64,000 bases of DNA from Camelus dromedarius (taxonomy: Eukaryota): NCBI RefSeq assembly GCF_036321535.1, contig NC_087449.1, positions 17,794,001 through 17,858,000 on the forward strand. The letters run 5' to 3'. Made by a program: the position numbers and the translations under genes. This document shows positions 49,981-64,000 of this stretch, piece after piece. Below the pieces are notes generated by a model that had not been told where the DNA came from, searched no databases, and saw only the letters and a list, made by a program, of their open reading frames with translations. How positions within the stretch are numbered: the stretch's first letter is position 1; the number at the start of each line of letters is the position of its first letter.

Positions 49981-50959
49981 GTGCCGGTATTTAACAAACA
50001 CAGGGTGTCTTTGCCCTTCATCTTTTCCCCTCCAAGCATAAGTACTTATTTACTTTGAAATGACAGATTGGAAGGTTGGTTTTGGTTTTTTTACTTTGTT
50101 TCGTTTTGTTTCTGATCAGTATGCCTGTTTTGTATCAAAGTCATCTATCACCTATAGTCAGGACAAAGGACACCAACCGTGTATCATTTCCAAGTCATCT
50201 CATGTCAACCTGCTGGGACAAGTTCCCCAAACTTTCACTCGGCTCTGTGATGCTTCCTTTCTTTCAGCCACTGCTGCCAGTTCTCAAATGCTAAAAATTA
50301 TTGATTAAAGCCTTCACCCTCCTTTACACTAGAAAGGCAGTGTTCCCAGTAAAATTCTTTGCCTTTGCTTGTTTCAAACTTCCCTCTGTTAAGAAAATGT
50401 AAAAACAACAAAAAACCTCACGCTCTCCCAGGCTCGTGATTTTACCATTTTTATATTCTTCTGTTTCTCCAAGTGATAGCAAAAGGCCTAGTCACCATTT
50501 ATTTATCTTTCTAGTTCTCTCAGTAAATAATAGAAGATAATTTACTCTCCTTCTGTATGATTGGAGCATATTTTAAATTATCCATTTAAGCTGGGTCTGT
50601 AATTAAAATTACGTGGGCACTTAGGACATTATTCTGCAAAAATGCTCTGTGAGCTTTCTCTGATCTAGCTCACAGAGTCCAGATGCAAAGCAGCATAAAA
50701 ACATTGAGGGAAAAAAAATCAAGCATATCTTGGGTTCATGCACTGGCCAATTTATCTACCAGCTCTCCCAGGCAAAAGCCATAGATAAGTCTTTCCAGGA
50801 GTTTAAGTGTCTCCCAGAGTCAGCAGGAAACTTGAAATCTTCGGTTGCTGCACTTAAACAGAAGGTAGTCCTGTCTCTTCCTGTCCTAATATGTTGCATG
50901 GAGCAACAGCTTTCTAAAAAACGAACAACAAACAAAGAAATATATGCCTGAGGGAGATT

Positions 50960-51345
50960 CTGGTTTTTTCGCAAGTATTCTCTTCCCTCCCTGTGAGAGG
51001 ATTATTCATCTCTACCAATTTCTAAATGATGCGCACGGCCTCCCTCCCATTGTTATTGGTGGCTATGTGACAATAAAATAGCAAAAGTGGGGTACATGTA
51101 CACCCATATCTGAACAGAGGCCCCAAGAACTGCTAACAGTTCTGTCTCAGACCTTCTGCCATGAGAAGGTCATAAGCCAGGTAAGAGATATTCCTTGAAC
51201 ATGTTCCTTAAATGAAGACACACAGAGAAGGAGCAGAGTTGCCATTGACTTATAGTCAGTAAGTCACGTGGGCCAGAAATAAACTTTGTTGTTGGAGTCA
51301 CTGAGATTTTACGACTCTTACCACAGCATAACCTGACTGGATCGT
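50960..51345 (+). mobile_element. MLT1I/J-type MaLR LTR remnant
   Basis: ctgccatgagaagg...aatgaagacacacagag...agaaataaactttgttg...cactgagatttt...cacagcataacctgact. Confidence 0.7.
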
Positions 51346-53039
51346 GCCATTATACCTACACAAGTGATTTAAAGGGAAGGAGAACGGAGCCCCTCAACTG
51401 TAGAATAAAAAGTAAGCTAAATAGTCACGTAATTTTGTACAGCAATTTTTAAAGGTTAGTGAGAACTCAAAGGTCACATTCTGCCTGTGCCTCAGGAAAT
51501 CTATACTAGGGAAGGTACACAGCCTTCATCTGTATTCTGGTGCTGCTTACTTGGAAATGCCTGTCTTGAATGCTTGGGATGAAAATGACTATGAGGTATA
51601 TATGGGAAAAACACCAGATTATTAATATTCACAGGTATGGGATGGGAGTACTTGTATGCACTGTAATATATTTGCTATCCTTGTCCCAGAACCAGGAAAA
51701 ATACCAATGTAAACCTGAAGGTGCTTATGCAGTATTTCAAAGAAGGAAATATGACTTCCCTGGATTCTAGGAAAAATTCATGCTTTCAAATGGGTATCAA
51801 GATAGCAATAGAAAAGGTAACAAAGCAGAGTAAGAATGAGAAAGTGTATTACTATTATTATTATTATTATTACTATAATTAACTATAATTTTTTAAAATC
51901 ATTAGTATTTTATTAATATTATTTTGCCAAATAATCTATATGATTTACTCATGATAATCTGAAGCAAACCTTTGGCACCTACCTTGACTAGAAAGTTTTT
52001 GAGTCACAAAGGAATAAAAGGAACTTTAATAATTAATTATTAGTGTATCTTTGTACCTTTATTTCACTCCAGCCCACAAGCTAGCAGTGGAACAGATTCA
52101 AAAATGACCTCTAAATAAGGAAGTGTAATTACTCAGCGTCGAAAGTAAGGTTAATCATATGTTTTTTTTAAACTCCAGCGAAAATGCAATTTAACAGTCT
52201 CCTACATCTCAGTGATTCATGAATGCTATATTTATGCATATTCATGAAAGAAAGACATAAAAGAATACTTTGTCTCTTTCTTCCTCTTTCTGATGTAGGC
52301 AGAACAGATACTAAAATGACACCTTAGCCATCTGTTCACCTGAAAACTCTAGGACTCATTGTGACTGGCCACACAGGACTCTATGGTCTGTGCTTTCAGA
52401 ATTCATGGTCGCCCTTAGCTGTTTGGACACCAGAGTGTATGGAGAGACAGTGATCAAAATTTGGGACCCTAAACATTTCTTTTTCAAATGACTGTTTATT
52501 TTTAATAGCAACTTTATTTTCATTATACAAAATGTTTAGAATTATCATTCAAATCTGGCTTAAGGTTGGTATTTTAAAAATTCAAGTGAACACGTAATTT
52601 TATCCGGTTCATAAAGTCTCTTCTGTTTGTCTCTAGGGAGTAAAAGACATTGGAACTAGTGAGTACAGAATTAAAAAAATGAAAAACACCTTTTAAGTAG
52701 TGTGACCGTATAGTTTATTATCCAAATTGGGAAACTTTTGAGAGTAAAAGAAGGCTCTATTGAAAAGTATAGGATTGTCTCGAGAAAACCAGGACATGTA
52801 GTAACACTGTCTGTTGGAACACTGGAGTATAAATGCTGAATCAAAATTAATAGGACCATCAATCTGTGTTCGAGGTTTGATTATGTTCATGGTAAACTTC
52901 TTAAACTTGCTCAGTCACCTTACTGGCTAACAGGAAGCTGAGGTTGTTGAAATGGCTTAGTGAGATTAAGAGTTGCCTGCCCTAAACCTGATCTCATGGA
53001 TGATAGACAGGATATCTAAGGACTTTATGGATGGCATGT

Positions 53040-53900
53040 TATTTATCCCTTACTGCAGTGTTATGATATAATTTCTCAATTTTACAGAACATAAAGTTGA
53101 GTTTCAGAGACATTAAATAACTTGTTCAACTCTATTTTGCTAGTGCAAAGTGGAGCCTCATTCAAACCCAGTTCTAGCTAGCTAGTAAAAGCTACACTCT
53201 TTTAAAGCTCTTGAGAAATCTTCCCTGAGGTCCGGGCTTCATCAGGTTAGGAGGCAAAAGACAAAAGAATTCTTCCTGCTTCAGAGAAGAGAATGGATAT
53301 CAGGTTCATCCTTTTATATAACATCAAATCCATTCTTAGTTAGCAGCTATCAGAATCTTGGCTGGTCCTTCATGAAGCACAGGAAGTGTTCATCACCTTT
53401 GTGAGACAAAATGTGGGGTTTGAGAGCTAAAGATATTTCTAATCACCTTGACAAAAATCCATTATGATCTAGCAGGAAAAAAGTGTGGAATTTGTGCTCA
53501 AACAATTGGGACTGAAATCTGGACGATGAGTTTGGGAAAGCTGTTCTGCCTCTCAAAGTCCTAGTGTCCTCATCTGGTAGTATTTACCTTACAGAATTGA
53601 AAGAATGATAGTGAATTGGATTAGATGTATGATGGAAAATTATACAATACCTGAAACATATTAAAATTATATGCAATGAATGTTGATTTTATTACTTCTC
53701 CTCACTGGTAGCACTGAAGGGCTTCAACTTAGATAATGGGAATGGTAAGAAATTTGAAACAAAAGATCTGTGTTTAAGTCCTAGCTCTGCTGTTTATCAG
53801 TTTTTTAGCCTGGAGATAATCTCTGAGGCTCAATTGCCTCACCTTTAAGCGGATGTTGTAACAATAGGTACCCTTAATAGCTCCCAGGATCCTTGTAATT
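53040..53900. mobile_element. Cluster of three degenerate MIRs: ~53040-53200 (-), ~53480-53690 (+), ~53730-53900 (+)
   Basis: MIR cores caatttacagaacataaagttgagtttcagagac, gtcctcatctgg and aagtcctagctctgc. Confidence 0.55.
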
Positions 53901-54482
53901 TGCATACAAAAGTTCTTTGGAAAAGTTCTTTAGAAAAATGTATGTAAAAGTTCTTTGTAAAAATGCACATAAATGTTCTTTATAAATAATGATTCCAAGT
54001 ATAGTTATTATCATTATCATCTTGATCTTATCATCATCACCACAACTTCTCTGTGACTAAGACAATATCTGTGTAGGCGATAACCATGGACACTTGAATT
54101 TCAAGTGAAGGTGATGCAGTTGGTCTTCAGACAACACTTTGAGAACCAATAGGTAGCATATAGAGGCAAAGGGTAATGGTAGAAAATAAGGTTGAAAAAG
54201 CAGGTGCAATCAAAAGTTGAGAGTCTCGAAGAACAAAAATTATGCATAGCACTTAGAATTCCTGAAGCTTTTTTGCCAGAATGGCAATCTGAACTATACT
54301 GGGATATGAGAGGTATTAGCGTGCACATTTGGTGGTGTTTTTCTGAGTGTTAGATTCCCTGAAAATAGTGAGATCCAGCCAATCACAGTTCAATCTGACA
54401 GGCACTTCAAATACATATTTTAGGAATTTTTTTAGAAGCTTGAAATATTGCTATTATTTTGTTTGTTTCAAAATACTTTGCT

Positions 54483-56427
54483 GGAACTCTTTGATGATAG
54501 AACTATTCTGCATGGTACTGGGGTAGTGAATACATGACTCTATGCCTTTGTCAAAACCCATAGAAATGTACACCATAATAAGGGAACTTTTTTGTACGAA
54601 AAAAAAAAAAATCAAACAGGATGTTTGGAAAACCCAAGATAGAATGGAGACTGTGACAAATGAATCTAACTGTGTAACAAATGAATCATATAACCACACT
54701 GAAACGGGTGAGGAAGGAAGGAGCTAATCTAAGGAACTTTGTAAAATTGTCTTTTGATTTGACACTGGAGGGCTAAAGATAAAAGTGAACTGCATTCTAG
54801 CTGGTAAATTTATTTCTCATAAGATTACGTTTAGCAGTTCTAAAACTAATGTTACATATATACTGAGGTTGAACAAATTAGGAAATATATTCTAGATAAT
54901 GAGAGTCAGCTTTCCCATTGTCTAAGAAAGGAATTACAAATAAGCAAAGACAAAATGCTAGAATTAATCATGTGGTGCTTTATTGGAGTTGGAGATATCA
55001 ATTTGAACTTATGTTTATTTTAATATATATGCATATAGTTAAAAAAATATAGATATATGTGTATACATGAGTTAATACACACGCATACCTTCCCTAACAC
55101 TACCTGCTAAGAAGCGTAGAAGCACTGATACTGCATTAGCAATGAGCACATCTAGCACCCAGATCTTAGTTTCTAATACCATTCTCCAGTCAAAGAAACC
55201 AGGTGTCCTTGGACAGGTGGCTGATTCTAGGACTGGACAGGTAAAATAAAAGATGAGCTTAGAACATTTTGTGGTGCCAAGATGTGAGGAAATGACTTGA
55301 AAAAGAAAAAGGATGAGAGACATATCAAAAGGACACAAGAACTATCCAGAAGAGCTTCAAATGACTGAAACTTGAACAATTTGAGCTACAAAATAAATAT
55401 TGAGAGTATTGGATTATAACTTCAAGAATAAAATGAACGTCCATGAGTCCATACTGATATAAATAAATGATTTACTAAATATACAAATGCAGAAAAGCTG
55501 TTCTTTCTCATAGAAGAATTCCAATTCATAAATATAAGAATGAGAGAAATAGAAAGCCACTGTCAGAACACCCTAGTAGTAATTCCTGCAGGTAAAATCT
55601 ACTGATATATATTTAAAATAACTGGAAATTTAAAAAATAGAAATAAGGTATTCACATATCCTCAAAATGTCTCCCTCCAAATATGTATTAATCACTGTGG
55701 AGATTTTAACAGATGTCCACAAATTCTTTGATATGCTACCCTCCTGAGGTGAAATTTAGTTTCTCTCCCCTTTACTATGGACTGGACTTAGTGACTCACA
55801 GCTAATGAAGAGTATGAAAAGGAAAAAAGAGTAACTTTACATCAGAGAAACATCACAGAAACCATCAACCTGAACAATTACGGTTACCATTACCAGGAAT
55901 AAGACTATTGGTATAGTGTACCCCCGAGAGCATCGGAAGAGAAGTGCACATGAGCTTTGTGGTATTCTTCCCCCAAATATATAAATTCAGTCTAGTCATG
56001 AGAAAACATAAGAGAAATCCGAATTGAAGAACATTCTGCAGAGTACCAATGAGTATTTTTCAAAGTGTCAAGGTAATGAAAATACCAAGTAAATATTACA
56101 GACTGGAATAAGCTAAAGGGACTTGAGAACCAAATGCAACTTGGTGTCCTGGATTGGATCCTGGAATAGGAAAAGGACATTAGCGGGAAAATTGAGGAAA
56201 TCTGAATACAATCTATAGCTATAGGTTATTTCATGATATTGTACCAATGTTAATTTCCTAGTATTGATAGTTGTATTGATTCCTGATAATTGGTATTTGA
56301 TAACTGTCTCATGGTTGCATAGGATTTTCACTTTATTGGCAGCTGGGTGAGAAGTATATGGGGATATTCTGTCATATCATTACAGCTTCTCTGTAAGTCT
56401 AAAATTATTTGAAAATAAAAAGTTAAA
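54483..56427 (+). mobile_element. L1MD-type long 3'UTR fragment (about 1.9 kb)
   Basis: tttgtcaaaacccatagaa, gcacccagatcttagtttctaataccattctcc, gtccatgagtccatactgatataaataa, tgtccacaaattctttgata, ggattggatcctggaa and an end at tgtaagtctaaaattatttgaaaataaaaagtt. Confidence 0.85.
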
Positions 56428-59400
56428 GAGAAAAGTTATGTCAGAATAAAGACTTTGCCTTCTTAAAGTGATGAACACCTTAATTTAGACGAATGGTATT
56501 AAACTAGGAATACTAGAAATATTTTATCAATATTTGCTTTCTTCCTCATTTTGATTTATTTTCTCCATGCCTGATGTGATTTTCAAAGCATGACGAACCT
56601 CATATTCTCCATCTCCCATACCACCTCCAGCTAACACTTGTCTGGAACAAAGCCGAGTTTCCCAGGCTGTACCAGACTCAGGTATCAGCAGTTCCTCGCT
56701 CTCTCATACCAACTCAGTATTTAAGACTCTGCTACCTTCCTCTCTCCATGATCTCTCCTGGTTATTTTGTGCAGTCCTCAAGGTGGTGGTTTCTCAGATG
56801 GGCCCTCCCAAAGACGTTTACATTTTCCAAAAAGAAGTGTGGGAGATGAACTTTATCTACCTTAAGGAACTAATTTTATTTTTTTTAACCACAAGCTATC
56901 AGACTTTACAGTATGTGGGTGTCTGCAGTGGGGAAGGTCTTTCCTGAACTCTTCAAATCAATCCATGGAACGTTTCTAAAACCGTTCCAACTCATAGCCT
57001 TCCTAATTTAAGGGCTTTTCATGCTTTGCCAAATGTGCTTTCCACATTCCTATTCATTTCATGCAAAATAAAAATTATACATCTGTTGAGGTGTTTTCAT
57101 TTTGCTATTTTACACATCTGCCATTCTGTGACCCTTCTTATTAGGAAGATTTGTTACCATATGTAGTCATAAAAGAAAAGACATGAGAAATAGGTTAATT
57201 GAACATTTATGTCTACCTTCAAAACAGAATATACGCTCCTCCTTTCCATGTTTGCACTTTGGGAACATAACTCTTCCTCACTTCCTTTGTGCTTCATTTT
57301 CCCTGAGTGTGGTTTTGTGCCTGTGAGTTTGTGTTGTCATTGACTTGTGTATATAAATTAGGAAATGGATCAAAATTCATTTTGAAACATTGTCACTGAG
57401 AGGATAGAACAGTGAATTGTTGCACACTTATTATTTTTCTTAGAATTTTATGTATATCCAAGATAATCTGTGCATCAGGATTCGTACATTATCATAGTAA
57501 ATGCTTCTGGAATTGCTAAGTAAACCATGACATTTAACTTGATGTAATGACCACATTGTATTACCTCTTCAGACAGTAAAGAAATTCTTTCCTATTCACT
57601 ACTAGATGTGTAGCTCTCTCTTCAGCAAATAGCTCCCACTTTTCTGTCTGGCCAATCTCTTAACTAGGAAGTAAGCATATTGCCTCAGACATATAAGGCA
57701 AAAGATGTCCAGATTACATGGAAATATGAATTCTATGCTTCAGATGCTAAAATCCATCAGGGAAACTGTAGGATTCACTGCAATATAGAGACTGCCAATG
57801 TGCATTAAAGTTTGATGAATCTGGGCTCTCAGAATTCATTTAAAAACTATTTTATTTTTATTTAAAGAGAAGAGGTTTAGTAAATGATATCTTATAGTAC
57901 ATCACATAATATTCTCTAAATAGGCACATCAATTTCAGAACTTGTACCATCTTTTATGATCTAGTCCTATCATGTATGAGATGACCTAAATTCGTATTTT
58001 CTTAGATTACATAACATCATAGAAAGTACCTTTTACTAAATTTACAGGCTGATATTTAAGAACATTATCAGATGGAACCCTAAGAAAAACCTGAAAGAGT
58101 TTCTTAAGAAGGTTTTCCTCAAACCTTTGTATTGCTAACACCCCAGCGAAAGTGAAGGACATTTGAAGATATTCTCGATCCCTAGGGTTAAGAGAACAAA
58201 GAAGCACCAGGAGTGATTTCCATTCAAAGACAGAGAACAGACAGTCTTACTAGAGAATATTTTTTTTAATGGATCTTTGTTGATTTTATTTTCTTAAGTT
58301 ACCTATGAAACAAGTAGAATTTGGCCACATGTTAAACATTGAACATTAAGGCGGGCTACTTCTATGTTCTGTGTGTACTCAGCTGTGCTCATCAAATTTT
58401 CACTCCTGGTCACTATTTAGAGTTAACAGGTTAACTTTCTCCTACGTTGTGGGCAGAGAAGACATATCTGTCATCGTTACCTAGATATATTTGGCAAGTA
58501 GTAAAGTTTTAAAAATGTCTATCTTTATAGGGCAGATAATGTTATGAAGTAGGATTCAGAAATGAAATTCTCTCTGTCTAAGTGAAGAAGAGTAAATGGC
58601 CTGTGGAAATCTTCTTTCCTTCCGCTTCCCTGGCAGACATTGCTAATCAACCTTGGTTCCTTTTGCTACTTAGCTAGTTGCAGCTTCCAGACATCCACTA
58701 CCAGTCAGTCATAGTTGGCAGGTAAGATAAACCTATTTGCTTAGAGATATGGGAGAATGACTGTTTAAACTGGATATAGTGTAACAAATATATGATCTGT
58801 AATTTGGGAGTGATGAATGGTACAGGGCAGCAATGTCAAACTAGGGCTTCAATTCATTATTTAAAAGGCTAGTAACTTTGTCTCAGATTGAAATCCAAGT
58901 GGCCGCTCCCCATCTATGAGAGGAAAACTGGATTCTTTTGAAACAGTTGCTCTTTCAGGAGGGGTGGATAAAAGCAGAGCTGCTGAGTATTTTGGTGGTA
59001 CTGCTTGGTGCGTTTCTGGAGATACGCAAAGATCTTGAGTTGAAGGTTCTTGGTTTCCTGGGACTTTGGTCCTCTGAAGCTTCTCCTTTAAATGCTTGAA
59101 CTGCTCTCATTTTAACCTTTTGGCATGTTCTACATGCAGGGCATCTTTGGTTCTGGCAATCTAATTGATAAATCCAGAGGAGAAAAAAATTCAGGAGCTT
59201 GGTGCTCAAAATGATGCTTTAATTAAGAGAAATAATAGATGAGGCCTCAAGTTTTATTCAAATCCTTTTACTAGGAACAGAAGAGAGTATGGCTCTGTGA
59301 AGAATTTCCATCCCAGAATAGCAATTTAATACCTCATATTGTAGTTTCTTGGAACTTGAGGGCAATAATAGGATACAGAGGGTGAGATGCCCCAATATAA

Positions 59401-61107
59401 CAGATGATTTTCTGCCTGCAAACACTTCACCTTTTGAAAAATTAAGTGGCTCATTCTTCCTTAATACAGAAATTCTCTATCTTGGAAACTAAAGGACACC
59501 ACCAGATAATTAAGTGTCCTCTTCTAACTGAAGTACTAAAACAATAGTAAGACTGTGTGACTTTTATATTAGTATTCCACTCTTTGAAAGTATTGTATCT
59601 AATTTTCAACTTAATATTGTCTAATTAGCAAAATAATATGGCCTACAGTTAGCACTTGACTGACACCTGTCTCATTTATACTTGATTAATGCCCAGCTTT
59701 TCAATAATAGAAAAACCAATATTCTAAAAAAGAAATGTTTTTAAGGCCAAAAAGTTAAGTAAAGTTATTTATGTAATGATTAACTATTTTTATTTGCCTA
59801 CTCTAGCATCTAATATGCCTGAAAGGCATAAAGATGAAAGCCAAACAACAAAATTACTTTTATTAATTCTCAAAAGTATTAATTAAAGCAGTGAATTTTA
59901 TTTGGGATGCTGACTTGGTTATTGCAATTAAAGTCCTTTTTTGCAAGCCAAGTTTACCATTAAATCTTACTTTTAAAATGTTCTAGGATGAAGATATTTG
60001 ATACTAACAAAAGGAAATATGTTAAATAAGGAAAGAAATTTTGTACCTAATTAGATGTAATTTTCAGGCGTATTCTAATAATATAGACACTTGGGCTATA
60101 CTCAAATTTGAGGTCAATCACATAACAAGTTGTTCTGAAAGCCATCAGGTATTAATTTTTTCTTTTTTTGGCCTATTGGCTTGTGTGTACAATCAAAGTC
60201 TTCAAAATCTCAGGTAAAATTTTTAAAAACTATTCGCAGAAAGATGTGAATCCTAGTCTGTATTCCTAAAAAGGACAGAACCTGTTATAGCAATAGATTT
60301 CAGATGACTTGTGTCTCAGCTACAACTTAAAAATACCTCCATTGTACCATCCCTTTTAAACCTTTTCATCTGAAAGGCTTATCTATGAGTAGATTTCTCC
60401 TCTTATGACACATTCTGAGAGTGTCTGGCCTACTTCTGTGGCTTAAAGTGTGTTCATTAAAATGAAACACATTAACGTATAAGCCACAGACGGGGAATAT
60501 GAAATTGCCTTAAATAACTACCAAGGACGTAGGTGTAAATGAAAACAGTTACAAGTTGAAAATTAATTCAGGCATTAATACTTTGATATCAGATGGATTC
60601 CAGGCTAGGCAATTAATTACTCATTCTAAAATGCTGGAAATAGCCTCATTATTTAAAGACGTTGGAAAATTTAGAGATGATACTGGTCACTTAAAAAGAG
60701 GACAAGTATAAAATATAAGACACATAGTATATATTGTTAAGAAACATATCCTATGGGAAGGAATGTAGTTCAAAATGTAATCCCATTTCTAGGAAGTAGA
60801 ATGTTTAATAATAGAGGAGAAAAGAAAAACTGCAGGAAACTGCATCGTAAGTGTATGTAATTTTTACAAGCCGAATCTATTCTTTTGTGGAAGGATATGG
60901 AATGTAAGTGAAAATCTGTGTTACAAAAAGTTGAGAAAAGAAATATTAGTGTCTGTCTCTGTATTTAGGTCATATGCCAAGAAATAAATTTTCCTGACGA
61001 TGCTAATATTCTGTGTTGTGGAGGAATTTGTAAGTTTCAGTTGTTGAATTGTTTGAATATGCTGTAAAGTAAAATGTATTTTTGCCTATTTACAGACAAT
61101 GTAGTCT

Positions 61108-61204
61108 AAGAAGAAAGAGGAGGAAGACAGGGAGGAGGAGGAGGGAAAGGGGATGGAAAAGAAGAGGAAGGAAGGAGGAAAAGGAGGAGGAGGATGAGAA
61201 AGAG
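61108..61204 (+). repeat. Polypurine (GA/GGA-rich) low-complexity tract
   Basis: 97 nt with only 3 pyrimidines on the + strand. Confidence 0.9.
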
Positions 61205-62399
61205 TATCTGTGATTAAAAGTGTAGATGTTTTTACACTTTTAGCACTTGTTTTGCTATTATGCATGTGAATGTAAATGAGTTCTTTCCAAGCTCCAAATC
61301 TTAGCAGTATGAAAGAAGACATATTCCTAAACACGAGCTACAGAAGGAACATTTAAGGTTACCTGCTCAGGATGTCCAATGGAGTTTATATTATGTATAA
61401 ATCAAGTCGGTTGGAAATGCTGTCTGGAGCCTAGTACTGAAAAGGGTTTTGAGACTGCCATCCTAGCTGGCAGAAATGAGTGCCCTGATCGCTAAGCAAC
61501 TTCTACCACGTGTGGGAGAGAGGAAACTAACACACACGTTCTATGCCTTGATTTAAATTTCTTGTTCTATAGCTGGCTAAAACAAAGCTAAGTAATTTGC
61601 CTAAGATCTTAAACATACTTGAGTAAGTACAAGAAAGGACAAGACCTCAGGTCCCTTGATTTCTAGTCTTTTTTTTTTTTTTAATGTTACACTGAATACC
61701 TGATTCTCTTCTTTGTGTATACAGTCATCTACTGTAAGCATCCAAGTGCATTTACATATACGTATAGCTGTCTGAATATGCCTTTGAAATGCTCAGCTGT
61801 ATGAGGGGCCTATCAGGCAATGTTATCTTTCTCTTTCTCATTATTTATTTGATAATAAGAGAATATATGATTAAAATTTCCTCAATTAAATTAAAGTATG
61901 ATTGATTTTTCCTTCATGATTGTTTGTAATGGAAATCTGACCTATTTTCAGAAACTTTCAGTGTTTACATTTGTTAAAGAAATAAAGATCACTGTGAAAG
62001 AATAATGCTTGCATATTGTAAAAGAGTAATGCTTACCCTTTTGTGTTAAGGTAGGAGAAATTCCATTGACAATCCTGATGGAGTTTGCAATATTATTTAA
62101 TTAAGTACTTATAAATAATATCTATAAAAGTTACTCCTAAGGGCAAAAAATGGGGAGTACCACACTATGGTATAGTAAATTTCTTTTATAATGCTGTTCT
62201 CCGCAACAGCATAATGTCCATGTGTAGGTGTTCTAAGTTATACTCAGAGAGATGTATTATACACTTAAAACAGTGAAAATGTATGTAGGGCTGATTTCAT
62301 AGCTTGCCTGGGTGGTATATATTTCAGGATCCTAAAAAGGGAACAAAAGTCCCTAAATCCTTTCCCACAAACCGATGGTTACCCTGAATACTACAGGTG

Positions 62400-63030
62400 G
62401 AACAGTATGGTCTGTTTTCTCCCACCAAGTGATTCGGATAAGGAGCCGAAAGTGGATGGTAGCAGGCATCCCTCAGATACTAGTCTAGGCTGTGGTTTTG
62501 GGAGCTAGAGCAGCAGCTGACCATGGATAACAGGGTATTATATGGAAGGAAGGAAGAATTTGAGCTGTGTATGTCAGGCTTGGATGAGAGTGTGGAGGTT
62601 TCATATCTGTGGTCACAGTGTTCCTACATGAAGGGCTGGATTCAAGAAAAGTCATGTCCACAGCAGAAGACAGGGAAAAACTGGGTTAGAAGCAAAAATT
62701 CAGCTTCAGAATCCTGACAGTAGCAAGTGTGAGTTAGAATGTGGAAGGGTCTCTTGAAGCCATGGTGCTTCTAGGAAATGGCAACTGCAGGACCTCATAG
62801 GGGAAGAAGCTCCTAAGGACATGGCACAGTAAGGTCCAGAGGTTTCAACTTTAAAATGTTATGCCATTTATGGATTAGCATGAGTGAGGAAAAAAATCTG
62901 TGAAAGGCTGGTAAGGTAATATGGCAATGAGATGGAGAGTGAAAATGATCATAGATGGAGAAGTTAATATGTGCTGAACTTGGGAGTGCCAGACAGCACA
63001 TGGTTGGTGGTAAGGGATGGAGAAGCCAAA
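62400..63030 (-). mobile_element. Probable degenerate L2 internal fragment
   Basis: Purine-rich antisense L2-like sequence (gagatggagagtgaaaatgatcatagatggagaag); no strong motif. Confidence 0.4.
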
Positions 63031-63294
63031 AAAAAAACTCAGAGACTAACTGACTGCGCTAACACTTGGCCTTTGACGGTAGAAGTGACTGTTCTCTAGT
63101 ATGACTGAATCTATGAAAGAGCGGGCAATTTATAAGATAGTTTAATTTTACCATTTTACTATATAAATGAGGAATGAAGTATAGATCACTGGAAACTTCC
63201 TTAGTATTCGTGAAGCAGCACCAAGTGTGCTCTCTGGATTCTGGTATGTATAGTACTACGTAATGCATCTCTCAAATTAGGCATCCGTCTGATA

Positions 63295-63690
63295 GGTTTC
63301 AACCAAAATTTTCTGAACACTTGCTATGTGTCTGGCACTGTACTAGGCACTTGAGCTTTCAATGGTGGTCAAAGGCTGACGTAGCCCCTGCCCTCATTCA
63401 CTCAGGGGATATGGAATAAACGTTTGAAAGGATCCACGAGAGAATATTGTTCAGGCAGAATAGACACCTTATGGCCCTCCACCTCCCTTCAGTTAGTGTT
63501 GCTATAGGCCAGGATTTTCTCCTCCATAGGTAGTGCTTAAGAGTATGAACTTTGGGTTTTAACAGGCCCAGTTTTAAATTTACCCAGTTCCACCACTTCT
63601 TAGGTAAATGACCTTGAAAAGTCACTTTACCCCTTGGTGTCCTGGTTTCTGCACACATAAAATATCTGTGAAAAGAAAGTATTTGAGAGA
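63295..63690. mobile_element. L2 3' end (-, ~63295-63420) followed by MIR (+, ~63525-63690)
   Basis: ttctgaacacttgctatgtgtctggcactgtactaggcac is an L2 tail. aagagtatgaactttgg...gaccttgaaaagtcactt is a MIR core. Confidence 0.75.
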
Positions 63691-63709
63691 CTTATAGCAA
63701 GAGACCCTA

Positions 63710-64000
63710 GATCTGATTCTCTTCTCCTTCCAGGCATGTGGGAACAGTTTAGGCAAGATCATGTGACTTGTTTCAACCAATGAGATTTTGAGATGTCATA
63801 TGTGGGTCTTCCACATCAAAAAATAGGAGAGCCTGTGCGTAATACTCTCTTTCTCTCTCAAGCTGACCCAGGAGAACTTTTGTTGTTTCCCAGTGATACA
63901 ATAACATGACAATTAACCTGATCTGTGAGAGATATATAGATATGCATGTTGCAAGGCAATAAATAAATGTTTGTGATTATAATTCCTTGAGAATTTTAAA
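63710..64000 (+). mobile_element. MLT1I/J-type MaLR LTR remnant running off the window end
   Basis: ggcaagatcatgtgacttgtttcaaccaatgag ... aataaataaatgtttgtg...ccttgagaatttt. Confidence 0.65.

Larger units (their letters stand above)
1..64000 (+). other. NEGR1: Gene body of NEGR1: end of intron 4, exon 5, intron 5, inferred exon 6 in the N-gap, start of intron 6
   Basis: Exon 5 identified by translation. No other host-gene exon recognised by eye. The intron layout matches the recalled human NEGR1 structure (intron 5 about 18 kb, intron 6 well over 100 kb). Confidence 0.9.

Noticed and set aside
58955-59209. Cys-containing 84-aa ORF (CPACRTC)
   Set aside because: No complete zinc-finger spacing or family match that I can recognise; TTG start.
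1-64000. CRISPR arrays, rRNA, tRNA, snRNA, tRNA-derived lineage SINEs, NEGR1 exon 7
   Set aside because: None seen by eye. The DNA is eukaryotic intron, and exon 7 is expected far downstream of this window.

Overview
This is AT-rich mammalian DNA, probably camelid. That guess rests on two young L1 3' ends that resemble camelid/artiodactyl L1, and on seeing no Alu, BovA/BovB, PRE1, CHR or SINEC elements. The window lies inside the IgLON gene NEGR1 on the + strand. One intact coding exon is visible (exon 5, 2517-2637, start of Ig domain 3). A 172-nt N-gap (18867-19038) has the size, position and flanking splice context to hide exon 6, so the rest of the window is probably the long last intron. 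The other clear gene-derived feature is a 5'-truncated, frameshifted, sense-oriented GLRX3 processed pseudogene (~33436-33955). The remainder is eutherian repeat fossils (L2, MIR, MaLR/ERVL LTRs, a MaLR LTR with internal region, L1M 3' ends, MER2B, MER5A, MADE2, CR1-like remnants), microsatellites and some candidate regulatory motif clusters. I found no convincing novel biological system. The best leads are candidate recursive-splice and poison-exon sites, a possible GPI-less NEGR1 isoform via intronic polyadenylation, and a TATA/CCAAT promoter-like module in intron 5. Repeat names and human reference details are recalled from memory, not from database searches, and repeat boundaries are approximate.
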